A stretch of 64,000 nt of DNA from Azolla caroliniana (taxonomy: Eukaryota > Plantae > Polypodiophyta), in NCBI GenBank assembly GCA_043228905.1, contig JBHGNT010000001.1, forward strand, positions 27,466,001-27,530,000, read 5' to 3'. A program made the position numbers and the translations under genes. The notes under the pieces were generated by a model, which saw only the letters and a program-made list of their open reading frames with translations, was not told where the DNA came from and ran no database searches. Of the stretch, positions 22,601 through 37,600 are shown one piece after another (positions within the stretch are counted from its first letter, which is position 1; each line of letters starts with the position of its first letter).

Positions 22601-25600
22601 CAATATTTGTGTAGCAGATGAACATACTGGGCATGGTATCTGTAGTCGATCATGTGATTACTATTTTCGCAAAGATGGACTAAGTTTTAATTATTACCAC
22701 ACACTGGCGTTTCTCTACTATGTAATTAGGTTCTAAGACTCAAATATAACTAAATTTCTTTTTTTTCTTACAGAGAGAAAAAGCAGTGACAGCTGAATAC
22801 TCACTGGATGCATTATTTGCATTAGAGCCTCTGTCTGAGGGAGACACATTAAAACAGGCGATGGGCAAGGTTATTGATCCAAAATCTGGCATTTTATATC
22901 ATCTTGACTACAAGCCGCCACCATCGAATGATCGAACGTATGATTTACTTGATTTTTGAAGATTTGTGTCATTATGTACTAATAGTATAGCAAGTATTAT
23001 CAAAATTTGTATATATGTTTCATTCGAGTTTGGTTCATAGAGGATATAATTCTAGCATCATGTTCATGTGAGCGGTATTGCTGGTATATCACCTTTTGTG
23101 TGATATACCTGCAATATGTGTGTACATAACTGTTGGAATGTGTAGTGTTGCTACTACATGTAACACATTGACCTGGGGATTGTAAATGTAGAATGTTGTA
23201 GGAGATATAGGTTCAACGAAAATAATGATTCAATAGTATCTTGAATTCAAGATCCAAGATTCCAATAAAAGAAGAGATTTTAAGTTGATCAGCTAAGACC
23301 TCGTTGTACAAGCCATAGTTGAGACTTGGTGGAGGCTGTGTGAATCATAATTATGAGTTATAATTTGTATCAGATCTCTTATTAGTCAGCTTTATACCCT
23401 ATAATACCATATCTAGATAGACATGGTTAAGGCATTTCTACCAAAGGCCAAGTTAGGGTAGCACTATACATGCTGTATGAATCATAATTCTGCATTTATA
23501 ATTTGTATCAGATATCTTATTAGTCAGCTTTGTAGTCTATAGTACCATATCTAGATAGACATGGTTGAGGCATTTCTACTGTAAGGCCAAGTTAGGAAGC
23601 ACTGTGTGAATCATAATTCTGCATTTAAAAGCTGTATCAGATCTCTTATTAGTCAGCTTTGTACCCTATAATACCATATCTAGATAGACATGGTTGATGC
23701 ATTTTTACTACAAGGCCAAGTTAGCGGAGTACTATACATGGTGGATGCTAAGATGTAAGGATATTAGAAACCTCTAGACACCAGTATGATGTGAGGCGGT
23801 GAGACCCACGAGTCATTATGTACTTGATCTACACAGCTCCGGAGATTTAAATAAACTAATGAAACTAACAACACTAACTCACACAACTATTAGGTACCCT
23901 GAATATATGGAACATGGAAACTTCATGTGGCCAATGCCATATGCATATCTTGTATCTGATGGATATCAAATATATCAGCAGATTAGAAATATCTATGCAT
24001 GAGTGCCAGCTGGGTCCTTCGAGTATTATGTAGTTGATAAAAAAGGGAAATGAGGTCTAATTATGTGAATAGTACACACAGGCAAGGCCTAATACAAAAA
24101 ATTCGTCATGTAAACCAAGAATCAGGCACAGATACTCTACTAGGGAAACTCTACTAGACCTACTGAGTTGGGGCATGTGCTACTCCATGGATGTGCCTTA
24201 CAAAGACATAGAGAGATCAAGAGCTTTACGCGTAAGAGTGGAATTAAGACACTATGACACTATGAATGTGCTTTTGAAACATCTTCTATAAGATTTAATT
24301 CAAGAAAGGAATTAAATTTGGGCAAGAAATAACCCACGCTTTGCGCAAAGGGTGTGAAGCAGATACAACAGTCTTTTGTAGCTACTTTTGGGCATGTCTA
24401 CATCCAATTTGAAAGTTTCTAGAACAAACATATGACAAAAGTCGTGCATATATATTAGGGGTCTTCAAGCCAAAAGACTATGTAATCAGCACAAAATGAT
24501 GCTGAAAGGTAAGTTCTTATATGTCCCATCTAATTAAGGGTGATTTCCTGCTTAGTGAATGATGTTGTAGCACAACCACATCAAAACCGGTACATGCACT
24601 TGATACATGTCATTAAGACATATGGATTGCAGTTACTCTTTAGAGATTTTGGATGTGCAATCGTTTTTCTTTTTTTCTTCATCCTATTTCTGAAGATGGA
24701 GTTATCTGTCATGTATTTCTGCCTATCTTTCAGTTATTCTTCTAGCTAACTAACATATATATAATGTTTCATTTGGATCATAATTTGAATAGAGGCATTG
24801 CTAGCCGGCTGAAACCTGTTGAAGAAATAAATGCTGCTGGAAAACGTATAAAAGAGGCAATACCATTGTGGAATAAACTTTATGATTGGATTTCCACTTT
24901 TTCAAATACTCACCTTGTCTTTCATGATCAAGAAAAAAACTTAAAGATGGCGGATGTGTACACTAGAATTCAAGAAATTCTTGATGCCAAGAGTAAGGTT
25001 TCAGTGGCAGAAGATGCAGCAACAGCTGCAATTGAAGCTGACATGGCAGCTACACAGTCATGCATTGAAGCTGAGAAAGCAAGTCTTCAGGCGAAGGCAA
25101 TTGCTCAGAAGCTTTTCCTTGCAAAACTTGCTGAGGTTGAAACTCTCACAGTGCTTGAAAAAGATACACTAGCCAAGGATATGATGAAAAAGAAAGTAAG
25201 TGAATCTACAAGCAAGTTGCTTCAGGATGCAGTGAAGGCAGCCAAAGAAGCTGAAGGTTTTACTGAGGCTGCACGAAAAGCTGCTGCTGATGCTCTGAAT
25301 GCAAAATTGACCGCGGAAGAAGCTGTTTCTAGTGTTTTTGCCACCATTCAAGCCAAGGAAAAAGCATATGCTGCTGCGATGATAGCAAAGCAATCAATGG
25401 ACAAGGCATGTGCTGCTGCACAAAGAGCTCAGGTTGCAGCAGAGAGTGCATCAGTAAGTGTGGCTGACATGAACGGTAGTGTTGAAAACACTGACAGGAG
25501 CTTTTTGAAGGAAAAAATTTTAGGCTTGTCCAAACAACCAATGAAGGTGCTGTTAATCATGCATAAAAATTTAATGGACTGACATTTATGATGTAAATTT

Positions 25601-28600
25601 CAATTTGATTACTCTCAGATGGTAAACGCTGCAATTATTTTTCTATTCCCAGAATGAGGTTGAAATAGCAGTCAGTGGGCAGGAAAATGATACACTTACA
25701 GTCCAAGTGGATCAGGCTTTTGCTGGTAAATATATTATTGATACACATGGACACTATTTCTTGAGAGAAAAAGGTGACATAAGACAAAGGAGGAAACATT
25801 CTTCCATTTACATTTGTTGAGCATTGGGCAACAGTACTTCATAATTGTATTGAAGCTACTATTAAATACAGCAATGATAAAAGCGTGTTTTAGTTTCATC
25901 CACTCTCATCTTTTCTTACAGAAAATTTATGTAGACAATGGCAAGACATAGAAGCAACTTATCTGCAAAAGCTGAAAGAACTTTTTAGTAATCTTTGGGC
26001 AGAACAGCAAGAAACTCAAAAAACATTGAAGGAGGTTGGTATTCTGAGACCAAATTTAAAATGCATATTCATTTTATGGTTTATAGGTTAAATTCTTTTA
26101 ATATCTAATTATTAGGCCAAGAATTCCTTTATCTCATATTTAAAGAAGCCAGATGAGAGGCAGGCTCATGTAGATGACTTTCAAGTAAGATTCTTCCTAC
26201 AAGATAACATTTTATTAAGCTTTCTTAGTCTTAATTGTTTTTAAATTTGTAACCTGATTTGGAATGTAATATAAATTTATGAAATGCCCAGGCAAAATAC
26301 AATAGAGTAGATGTTTCTGAAAGGTCAACACCAAAGATGAAAAAACAACTACAAAAGAAGGCAGAAGATCTGTTTTCGAAACTCCACTCTATATGTGAAG
26401 ATTTCTTTAAGGTGCATGAGTACTTCACTTTAGACTTTTCAACTGAATAGGAATTTGACTTACATTTTAATTCTATGTACTGATGAGGAGATGGCTATTT
26501 AAGTCAAAGAAATGAATATGCTTGAATTTGAATCCTTTCACCCTAAAGAGACCTAGGAGAGATGAGTTGCTGGTGCACTCATTACATAGGACCTCGTAAC
26601 ACGTGAAAACCTTGATACAAATCTTGTTTCACAGGATATATCTTCATAGTTATGAGATGGTTTTCCTTGCGCTCAGCAAGATGCATTAACATTTCTTCAA
26701 TTTATAGGTGGGACTTGTAAAGTCCAACTGTTATGTGTAGCCAGCCCCTCTTTACTTTTCATACATGCATGAGGTTCTTGATAGTTGATTGGTTACATAT
26801 TATAAAGATGGGTTGATTAAGTAGCTGGCAATGTTACATGTGATTTTCCAAGACAATGAATGCTTGAAAACCATGCGCTCATCCTACCAAATAAATTATA
26901 AAAATGGGCACCCACGTGGCCATTTAGGGTGCTAAGATTTATTACATCTGTTTTGCTGGACGAAAATGTCTGAAATTGACCCTTCTATATTGACAAATGT
27001 TACTATAATCGACAGTTCATTCTTTAATGAAATTTGGTTATGTTTTTGACATGCTCTAATATTAGAGATTATTTCTAATGTAAGCATGCAATAAGGAAAT
27101 AAATGATAGGTAGATAAGAGAAAGAGAGAGAAACAAGGGTGCCGATCCACTCGAACACCCCCAAACGAATTGATCAAGATGGACTCAAGCCTTGATCGAC
27201 GTCCCATACCACCACTATTGCATCATGTCATACCTAGTACTGGCACGCTCACTACAAGAATATGTTCACCACAAGATCACAGTCTCGACGTAGTCGAATA
27301 AGGTGACTAATGAGGGTAGCTAGGCTTCATATTTATAGCTAGACCTAATGCCCCTAGGCAATTTCACATCTGGCCCTCATGGGTTGTCTCAATTCCGAGG
27401 ATTAAAAGTACACCTCCCTTCTTTACACTCTTGGTTAACCTCACATGTTTATCCTCATGTGAAGAATACTACGGTTCAAACTACCACAGGATAAATTATG
27501 GTCATGCCCATAAAATCTAATCTCCCTAACTATTGTCACTATAGCAAATGTGTATTACAGGAGCTTTGATAAATTATGTAAAAATTGATCTACCTTACAG
27601 GAAGACACCTAATTTTTATAATTACAACAGCTGTTTAACTGTTGCGTAAATCTAATATATGATGCAATTTATCTAATAGGTTGCAGTATCAACTTGCAAA
27701 ACGAGTTTAGCAGAATGGATGAAGAAAAGATCTGATGCTGTATTGCAAATTTTCACCATATTCATACAAATTGAGGTGCCTTTGTTTATTTAATACACAT
27801 ACTATGTAATAACATGGTATATTTCTTTCTAAAGTCAGTACTTTAACAACTTATTATCAATATGACTCATTTAAATATAGTTTAAAAAGGGAATAACTCT
27901 ATTCTCAAGTTCCTATCTTCTATAAGTTCGAATAACCCTTGGACAATAATCATCTTTCAGCTAAAAAGAAAGAGAGAATGTATTCTATTTCCAAGAATAG
28001 CCAGCTATAAGAGGGAGCCATTTCATCTGCAATGAATTTCTCACACGACTAAATATTATTACTTTTGTCACAACCATTAATGAATGGTTCATTTACATTA
28101 TGTCCTAGTGATTGAAAGGATGAACCACAAATAAATGAGCCAGTTATTCTGAACAAGTCACAAGCTACATAAATATTTTAAAACTCTGTGCTTATGCACT
28201 CTTAATGGAATAATTGAAGAAAGGCAAAAGTTTATTGGTTCATTTTGTTGCATACATTAGTTTCTACGTGCAGGTTGCTAATTTTTATTCAAAATATTGA
28301 TTATTAATTGGAAGGTGAAGTGAATTGGGGCAATAAGAGAGGTTCCTTCTTGAACAAGTCATGTCTCCCTATATTTTATATTCTCTATCAATAACACAAA
28401 ATCTAGTTTCCAGATTTATTTGCTATAATGTGGCTGTTTAAATGGTATCAATTTCAGATAATGTCTGAACCATTTCTGAATAAAACTCCTCCACGTGAAT
28501 TTATTGAGGTTGCTATTTCATTAAAGAAATTTGTAAATACTTTTTCAATTTTTTAAGAGAAATCATGTACATGAACATGTAAATGCCTATACCTTAATTT

Positions 28601-31600
28601 CTTTGGCAGAAAATTCATTATGTTTGGTAGTTTTGCCTAATCAACTTCAAATTTGAATTTCTGTATAGTTTGAAAGGTTCCTCCATACGTGTTGCTTACT
28701 CCATGAATACTATTTCAAAGAGCCTACCATATCTATTAAAGAGAAGTTCAACAATATTGCAAGCTTGTCAAATCCTGGAAAACAATCAAAGCTATTGATG
28801 ATGCCAGGATGGCTTCCAAGCATTTCAGAGAGCCTTCCTCAACTTTATCAGGTATATTCTTACCTCTTTAGCTGGATTTATTCTTGTTTCAGCCTAATTT
28901 ACTTCCATTTATCACCTTCAACTTCCTAAGTTGAATATGAGGCACTTTTGATGAGACACAATGTTGGAAACATATTAAAAGGTAGTATATATGTACACTA
29001 GTAACCAAAAAACTCAAGAGTCAAGGCCCTTTACTATTTAAGGGGAAACATGAACAAACGTAAACAATTGTGACATTGCAAACCTTTCACAGAGCACAAT
29101 GTTGGGAAACTATAATGTTTTAAGGATATGCTATGAGAGGTATCATTGAGTGAGACAGTGCTTGGTAAATTATCTTTGTTCATTTTGTATGTCATGAGTT
29201 TTCATATTCATGTCTTTGAGATGACTTTCAGAACAATCATGATATGAACAAAATTTAAGAATAATGTAGAAAAAAGATATTTCAACGTGTCCAAAAATTC
29301 TCATTGCCTTGTGAGACCTGGCAAAGAATACAACTGTTTATGTTAAACTTGTTAACGTGAGTAACAAAACATAAAACCAAAAGTATCTTTCCTGTCTAAC
29401 ATCTAAAAACTAAATGGTTTAATCAGTTATCAGAGTTGAACAGTAATAATGAATAACTACCAATCAGGTTTGGTGCCTACCATTGGAACTAAATTTGCTT
29501 CGTCTGAGAATATCCAGTATGGAAAGCTCTGTGAGAAAATGAGAGCTTGACTCCTTCGGCAATACTTGTGTGGTGTCTACCCAATCTGTTATCTGAAATC
29601 TCGTCAATGTAAAGCCCAAAGATAGTGATAGGGAAAACCTTGTTTAGCCTCAATATTCTGGCAACTTTGATACTACTCATGGAACCTGAATCTTCATTGA
29701 TAGTGATTCATAGAGTGCATAAACCTTTGATATCATATCCTTTCATACACCAATAGTTTTCAGTCATTTTATAAGTTTAATTCATGCCATTGCATCAAAG
29801 GCTCTGTGGACGTCTACAAAGCAGCAGTATTTCCATGGGTGCTAAGCTCCTCAACACGAGCTTGTGGAGTCAATTTGTGGTCGAGAGTTGTGAACCATCA
29901 TAGGTATTATATTGGAGAAGTTGACTGTTGAAACGATAATTAGGTACAAAATCTACTTGGCACAGTTAGTTCACTTGCTCGATATTTTGCTAGATATCCC
30001 CTTAATTCAATTGGATTCTAGCCTCTTATTGTGGTTGCATTTGTACCCAACATTCTGTTTCTCTGCCCATTGACTCAATTGTATCTCTAAAATCGATCCA
30101 TACAACATTGCTAAATTATGGCCTATCATGATTGCTATGTAGGTTTCTGGCCCTTAAAGATTGGTAAAATACAATGTTCAGTTCAGCTAATAGGCAATCC
30201 CGCACAAATGTCCCTCTTAAACGTATGCACTACAAGTGGAGCCAAACGATCATGGGCATGCATAAAATGCTCTCCTAGAAGCTCTGATAATGAATGTGAT
30301 ATAGACGTTTGGATAGTGGTCTTTCTTACATGCTAATTTTTAATATTTTTTCAGATAGGCTAATTTACATGAATGCAATAATGATAGTGTAATGAAATGT
30401 CCATCCTTATCTATGATATTTTGAGAAGGGTATCCTGTAGTTTGTGCTGTTTACTATTTTTCTTAATAATAGACGTTAATTAAACTTTCTTTCATTCTTT
30501 TGAAGTCATGAATATCAATTTATATCATTTCAATATTTGTTTTAGGTTCTATATCAAACAATTCTGTCGATAGATTCTGTAGTCAAAGTAACAATCGAAC
30601 CACAAAACTCCAACTCTAATCCAAAAACCACATCAAAACAAGCAAAGGAGACAAAAAAAACAAATTCCAAGGAGCAGCCAAAATTGGAAGAATATGATTA
30701 TGCTTCAAAGGTTATTCAAGATGAGAGACAAATTTTGATTTTGCGTTTTGAAAGAATAGGTCTCTCTCTTTATTCTATAATATTCTTATGTATTTAACTT
30801 TTAGCTCATAGGTCACTTCAATCTTTTGGCAATGGTGATATAATATTTCATTTCTTCTTAACAATCATTATAATTTTCAATAATAATATCAATAAGATAC
30901 AAATTCACTAGAACACCGTTGATGCATAAAAGACACTTGCACCCTTTTGCAGTATGTCATCAGGAGATTGATGTGTCAAATGTGATCTAGTACCAAAATT
31001 GAAATGGGCATTTAAGATGTAGTAACTACAAACATTGAAAATAAATTCTAGTTTCGGAGAGATCTCTCTTCCTACTTTATTTGGTCTACTAATTGGCCAA
31101 CGAGAGTCTAGAAGAGTACATCAAAGAAACAATAAGAGAAGATGAGTAGAACCCATCCTTGGCTTATATTTTTCTGGGAACATCCTGGCTAGCAGTCATG
31201 TGGCGAAGACCAAAGTCAAGTTGGTAACCACTGTCAAAGCTGAACGTCACTGGTAGTTTACGATGAAGAGGCAATTGAAGTGGGTCACAGTTTCAAATAT
31301 CGATAAACATAATGGGAAACATAGTCAACATATTCGATGCACACATGGTGCAAACTCACCTATTAAGGAACTGATTTCTGGGGAGGCAGTATTTCAGCAA
31401 TCTTGAGGAGTGGAAGAGAGGAAATACGAAAGAAGTTACAATGTTTCCCAGCCTGTACTCTGTAATGCTTCTAGAAACTAGAAAAAGACATCTAGAAAAT
31501 AATTACGTATATTTCAGGTACATTCTTGCTGGGGGTAGGCTGATGTCAAATATCAAGCTTTCTATACTAAAGTCTATTTCTAAGATATAAACATTCGTTT

Positions 31601-34600
31601 TATTGAAAAGTGTTCAATAATGTGATTTGTTGCTTCTATTCTGAAGTTAGGAAACAATGTTCATTTTCAGTGAGCAAGGCTTGTGGCCATATATCTAATC
31701 TGGATGCATTAATGGAAGGTGCAAGAACTCAGATGGAAAACTGGATAGCTAAATCACATAAGGTAAGTGAAATAGGGATCTTGTAACTAATTTTCTTCAT
31801 AACCTAGAAGATGTAAAAAGTTTAAGTTTAATACCACTAAAAACTGTTTTTCTTTCTCACAGACAAAATTTTCTGTAACTGAAGATGTAATCAACATTGT
31901 ACAAGAGGCAATTTCAGAGAGTATCCCTCTTTGGTACTATATGCCCTTAGATGGAGATAACTTAAGCATTGATGAGACTCGAACCCAGTTGGTAATAATG
32001 ATTTACAGTTGGCTGTATATGTTCTTTGCAGAATTCACATATAAAAAACTGCAAGTAGTTCAAACTTAACTCTGTTAATTATACTGGATTTGTGCAAAAG
32101 TTTCACATATGCATTTCAGACATTTAAAAACTCATGTCTTAACATTTGTTTCTCCTTTCCCATGTTCCAACCGAATAGGAAAATATGATACTGTGCAGTA
32201 TTGGCTGGGCAAAGAAGGTGATTGGTAGGTTATATGAGCATGCTTTGTGACATAGTACGATAAAACAGAAACAGTGCCAGCCTTAATAGGAGAGTGTCTG
32301 AGGCCATCACTTTTCATGTTAAGATATATTAATGGCTCTTAAGAGGCCAAATTAGCTTATGTGACTGAAGGAGACTATCTTATACGCAAATACAATCCAT
32401 TGACTGAAAGTGCATTGATGGTGTGGGAAACAGAAGAAGGTCTACTTGTTGTAGATCACTACCTTGTTGTAGATCACTAATTCTGTTTGGGTGCTGAATA
32501 CCCAAACCTATAGAGATAAAAATGTATGGGTTAGTTTTTCATCCATTGTTTGCACGTTTCTTCACTGAACAGGAGGTTTGTCTTTGTTGGAAATATCTAA
32601 TTTTTTCTTACAGTTTTTTTCACAAATATTGGGACTAGAAACATAAATTTTTTCAGCTTGTTTTGGATTGGTACTAACTCTTCTTTTTACATTGATCTTT
32701 CTAAATGTTGATGGCAGGAGCCACCACAACCTACAGGAATATATCCTTTACCAAGCCTTGCTTCTTATCACATTCAAGTACTTCAGGATCTTTTAAAAGC
32801 ATTCCAAGCAGATTCTATAAAAGGTTTGCATGTGTTATGATATTCTGGTCCTTCTTCATCTTACAAAATAAAATGACATTAGCCGTATTTTCAAAAAGAA
32901 TATGTAGGTACACATTAGTCCTTTCCGGAAAAACATGAATGATAGTTTAGTCACGTATAGATTCGCATATCAATTTATCAAGTTTTTCTGAGTATTGTTA
33001 AGTATTTCGTTTCTGTTGGAAAAGATTTGTGCTCAAAACTCAATGAGGTTGTTTGTATGGAAAACTATGGAAGCTTAAATACGCCAGGGTGAAACTATAC
33101 CCAAACTAGAGGATGTTCAATGACATATCTTAGAATGCATGCCTGGGAGACCAGATGGACAATTGGTGAAGATGAACTAGCCATCAGCGACAAAAGGCAT
33201 TTCACCTAGTGATGTACCATGCATGAGATATCAACTCAAATTGCAATGTGAATGTACAACAGAGCTTTCAAAGTAGATATGGAAATACTTTCAGGTGATT
33301 TATTGAAGACAGAATATGTTCTTCTGCAAAGAGATGGAGTTGTCACAACCACATGGAACCAACCTGCCATAGAAGTCTCAGGGTACCATGGAAAGTCTGT
33401 CTTTAGGTATAAACCTTCCAAAGCTGTCGATGTCTTTTAAGAGGCCAAGATGGCTGTGAAGACTGAATAAGAGATGACATCTTAAAATGTTTTCTCGGCT
33501 TTGAGAACGACAAACCAAAATGAATATAACTAAAAAATGGCCACAAAGGCATCAACATATCTAAGAACTTAGACTGAAATTTCTGCCTTTGAATAATCTC
33601 CAACATGGTCCGCTACAAGATGTAAAGGTCTCCAAAGTGAGAGAAGTGCCTCCAATGCTGAGTAATAATGCCTTCTTTTACAATGACAAGTGTGACAAGA
33701 CCGTGGTCGGAACTGTCATAGCCAAAGTGCAGAGCATATTGTTATTGCTTGATCTATTGCAACCTATTTCGTGTGACTTGGTCGAGAACCCACTTGTGTA
33801 GTCCTAGATTGACTTGTAGAATGAGGAGTGATGGAGCTAAAGAAAATCACAATTGCTCTCTGTTGATGAGTTATTGTGGCTAGCTATGCGCCTTGGTTTG
33901 GCTCAAACCGAACAGAACTTTAAGCCATGGTTTAATGGTTTATTGGTTCACTGCTTAACTATTTGTTATTTCCCCAATACTTAATGATTTAACTATTTGT
34001 TATTTCCCTAATACTGTTTCTTTTTTGCTTAATGATTTAACTAATTAAACTTAAATGCTTGTTTAATTTAATAAATTTCTATTTTGATGGGTTTTATTGT
34101 TTAATAGTTTAATTAATTTGACTTACATGGTTTGATTTATATTTGTGAGTAAATGGTTTGGTTTGGTTTTGATATTCCCTTAAACAATTTGCTTTATACA
34201 GTTTAGTTTCACCTTTTCCATAAATGGTTTGGTTTAAATGTCTCAGTAGTTCTTCAATGGTTTGGTTTAAATAACTTGGTAGTTCTTAAACGTTTTTGAT
34301 TTGTTTTTTGTTACGTATAAATGGTTTGGTTTCAAGGCCAAGAAACCTAAGCTGAAACCGGCCCCACACCTAGTTTTGGTTGTATTTTTTCCAACATCTC
34401 TCTGTATCTTGAGTTCTAGGAAGAACAGTCCTAAGTGCTGCTGTGATTTGTAGTCTATTACCTTGAGTAGTGGGCCAAACTCTTGTTTGAGAGGTAGTGT
34501 GTTATCTCTTTCTTATTTCATAAAAAAACATCACAATAGCTGAATTGCTCTTTTGATTCTACCCTGAATTGCTGAACTGGCAGTTCCATTCTTCTATAGT

Positions 34601-37600
34601 TTCCCTAACTCAATTTCTAACTGATTATGGAGCGCATAAGGAGGCCAGATGATAAATCCATCCTAGAACATGAATTATACACGAAGGTAAGAAGAATTTG
34701 GCTATCTTCTTGAGAGAAAGAATAAAGAACGAAAGAAAGATATATTAACATCTTTTAAGAGGCCAAAATGGCCTATAAGACCAAACAAGAGATTACATCT
34801 TAAGTGTTGTCTCGTCTTTGAGAACAACAAATCAAAATAGAGTAAGTATTACTCAATAAATATAAAAGTAAATAAGATAAAAGCAGACGAGGGAATCTGG
34901 TTTTTGGTGCATGCGAGTTTCTCAAGTTAGATATATTGTAACTTTTGTTTTCGAAAGGCCTCTAGCATAGGTCGATCCAGAAAGGAGAGGTCTCCGAAGC
35001 AAAGATTGTGTCGGCCTTTATTTGTCGATGACAAGGGTGCTGCGGGCATGGTTCATGGGGCCGGGGCCTACGTGCACGACATGCTATTGGCCGATCTTGT
35101 AACCCCGTTGTAATGTCCTGGTCGGGAGCCCATTTGTGTATCCTTGATTGACTCGTAGCATTAGTAGGAGTGATGGGGCTGTATTATTGTCCTTCAACAA
35201 CTTTTCCCTATGTCTCTTGAGTTCTAGAAAGAAAGATATATTAATGTCTTTTAAGAAGCCATCAACGGTAACTAAATATAGATTCAAACTTCTGCATTGA
35301 AACATGGGCTGCTCGAAGCTGTAGAGATATCCTGAGCTCATTCACTCATGTCTGACATTGGAATCACCAACAACCATGTGTACATGAGTTTCACCATTAG
35401 AGGCTGCTGTTAAAGAGTCTTACAGCTCTTTCCATCCACTATACTTCGTCGCTCACAAAGTAATCTCTTATTAATTTGTATATGTTTACCACTAATAACT
35501 CACTTATAATTTGTAATCTTGTCCACTTATAATTAGTAATTTGTAAGACACTAATATACATGGTTGTTCGAATCACCAACAACCATGTGTACATGAGTTT
35601 CACCATTAGAGGCTGCTGTTAAAGAGTCTTACAACTCCTTCCATCCACTATACCTTGTTGCTCACAAAGTAATTCCTTATTAATTTTTAGATGTTTACCA
35701 CTAATAACCCACTTATAATTAGTAGAGTTTTTGTAACCAGGCTTGAGTTCTAGATCTAAATGCTTGATGTACACTCTCATGTTTCTCTATTTAGCTTATT
35801 TACAAGATTGAAATGTTTTCTATTATTCTCTTAACATTCTTTTGCCTGATTTTTTAGGCTATATTTCACTAAATAAAGCTACTGAATTAATAAATGAAGT
35901 TATCAACTCTGTGCATTCTGCTTGTAAGAACGACCCTATGTCTGCTATGATTCCTCGAATGCCTGGTACCAAACATAGGCCTGGTGGTCCTTTTGAGATA
36001 TGGAGAGACTATTCAAAACAATTGCTAAAGGTACGTTTATGTCATTATCAAATTCCTATATGCATTTTTCAAACATGTTATAAGAATCATTTTGGTTCTC
36101 TGTCAGATGACCTCAAAAAATACATCAGAAGTGGTTGATTGGCGATGCCTCATTGTTTCCTTCATTGACGTTCACTATCACAGTTTTATTTCAACCGCAA
36201 GTGTCAATGATATTGTTGAAGCTTACTCAGGTATGCCTACTGTCTCAAAGATATGTATCTCGAGTTTAATCTCTTATTCGGCTGTTGGGATGTGGTTACC
36301 ACGTAAAGATTGATTTACAAGCACGTCAATCTTCTCATTACGAAGATTAACGAAGCTGAAAATGGATCAAGATAGCTAAGAAAGGGAAAAGCTAAGGAGG
36401 CAGATGCCACCCACCTTGACTATAGAAGAAGAAAGAAAGATATATTAACAATTTTTAAGAGACCATAATGACCTTATAAAACCTAACAAGATTACATCTT
36501 AAAATATTGCCTCATCTCTGGGAACAGCAAACCAAAATGAACATAACTAAGTAAAAAGTAAATAGAAATAACGTAAACAGAAAAAGTGAAGAGAAACTAA
36601 GGACAAGATCTAGGACACTTCATGTTCACGTCGTTGGTCTTAAAGATCATGACAATGTAGAAGAGGATGCAAAGAATTAAATATCCTTGTGAACATTCAA
36701 AGGGTAAACATATAAAGGTAGAAAGAGTAGGATAGTAGAATGGTTGAGAAGGGAGAGCCCTCATTCTCCTTTAGGAGCTGAAACTTGTGGCGCTCTCAAG
36801 AACATGGGTGCCTCTGGATTGACATCACATTTTGTATAAAGAACTCACCAAAAGTTTCACAAACCTTTTACCACACAATGATCTTATGGTTTTACTAGAA
36901 ATACCTTGCATTTATTACTAAATGGTTATTAACAATACCTTGTAATTTTGACTTCTGATCTTTCCAGCACTACAAGAAGTGAGTAATGGAGGTGATGGTA
37001 ATATAGATCTCAGTCAATATCTAAGTGTTAAGCTTTGGTTTGATTCAGGTATGCTATATAAGATCCAAGCTTGAAATTTTATATGAGATTTAGCAATTTT
37101 TGTGCTTATTTCATCAGCCTCTTTTTCTGTATTGAATCAGGTGATGGGTCTGATGCTGGAGCAGAGGTTAAGACATTATTTTATAATATGCTTGATTCTG
37201 GCAGTGGTATGCCCTGGAAAAGTTTACTTCTTTATCTCTGTAAAGATACAGATACAGAACTAGCTTTAAAGAAGGCCCATGCTGCCATAACCGGAATATT
37301 GTAAGAAACTGTTGTGTCAGTTCTTCCTGTTAATTAAATCATAAATTTGTTATCTTCAGAATGTAAAGGACGTGAACTGTTTAATAGAGTGAAGCAAATG
37401 TGTATAACATTGCAATTTAAATGCTAGCTTTATTTACTTTATGTTTTATCTGCTTGTCAAGGTCTGAGAGTGTATCTCTCCAGTCGCTTGAATTGCTGCA
37501 AGCAATCTATCCCAGCGGGATCGAAGGTGCTTTGGAAATAGGATGCCAAATATGGTCACGTAATGACATAGAAGTATGTAACCTATCCCTCTTTTCTTCA

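Noticed and set aside
24990-25470. Ala-rich helical stretch in the SPEF2-like gene as a separate gene or novel insertion
   Set aside because: It is part of one in-frame exon of the SPEF2-like gene. From memory, green-lineage CPC1 has a comparable Ala-rich segment.
32950-33880. Further LINE coding remnants on the minus strand
   Set aside because: Probably real decayed L1 sequence, but the motifs are too eroded to delimit.
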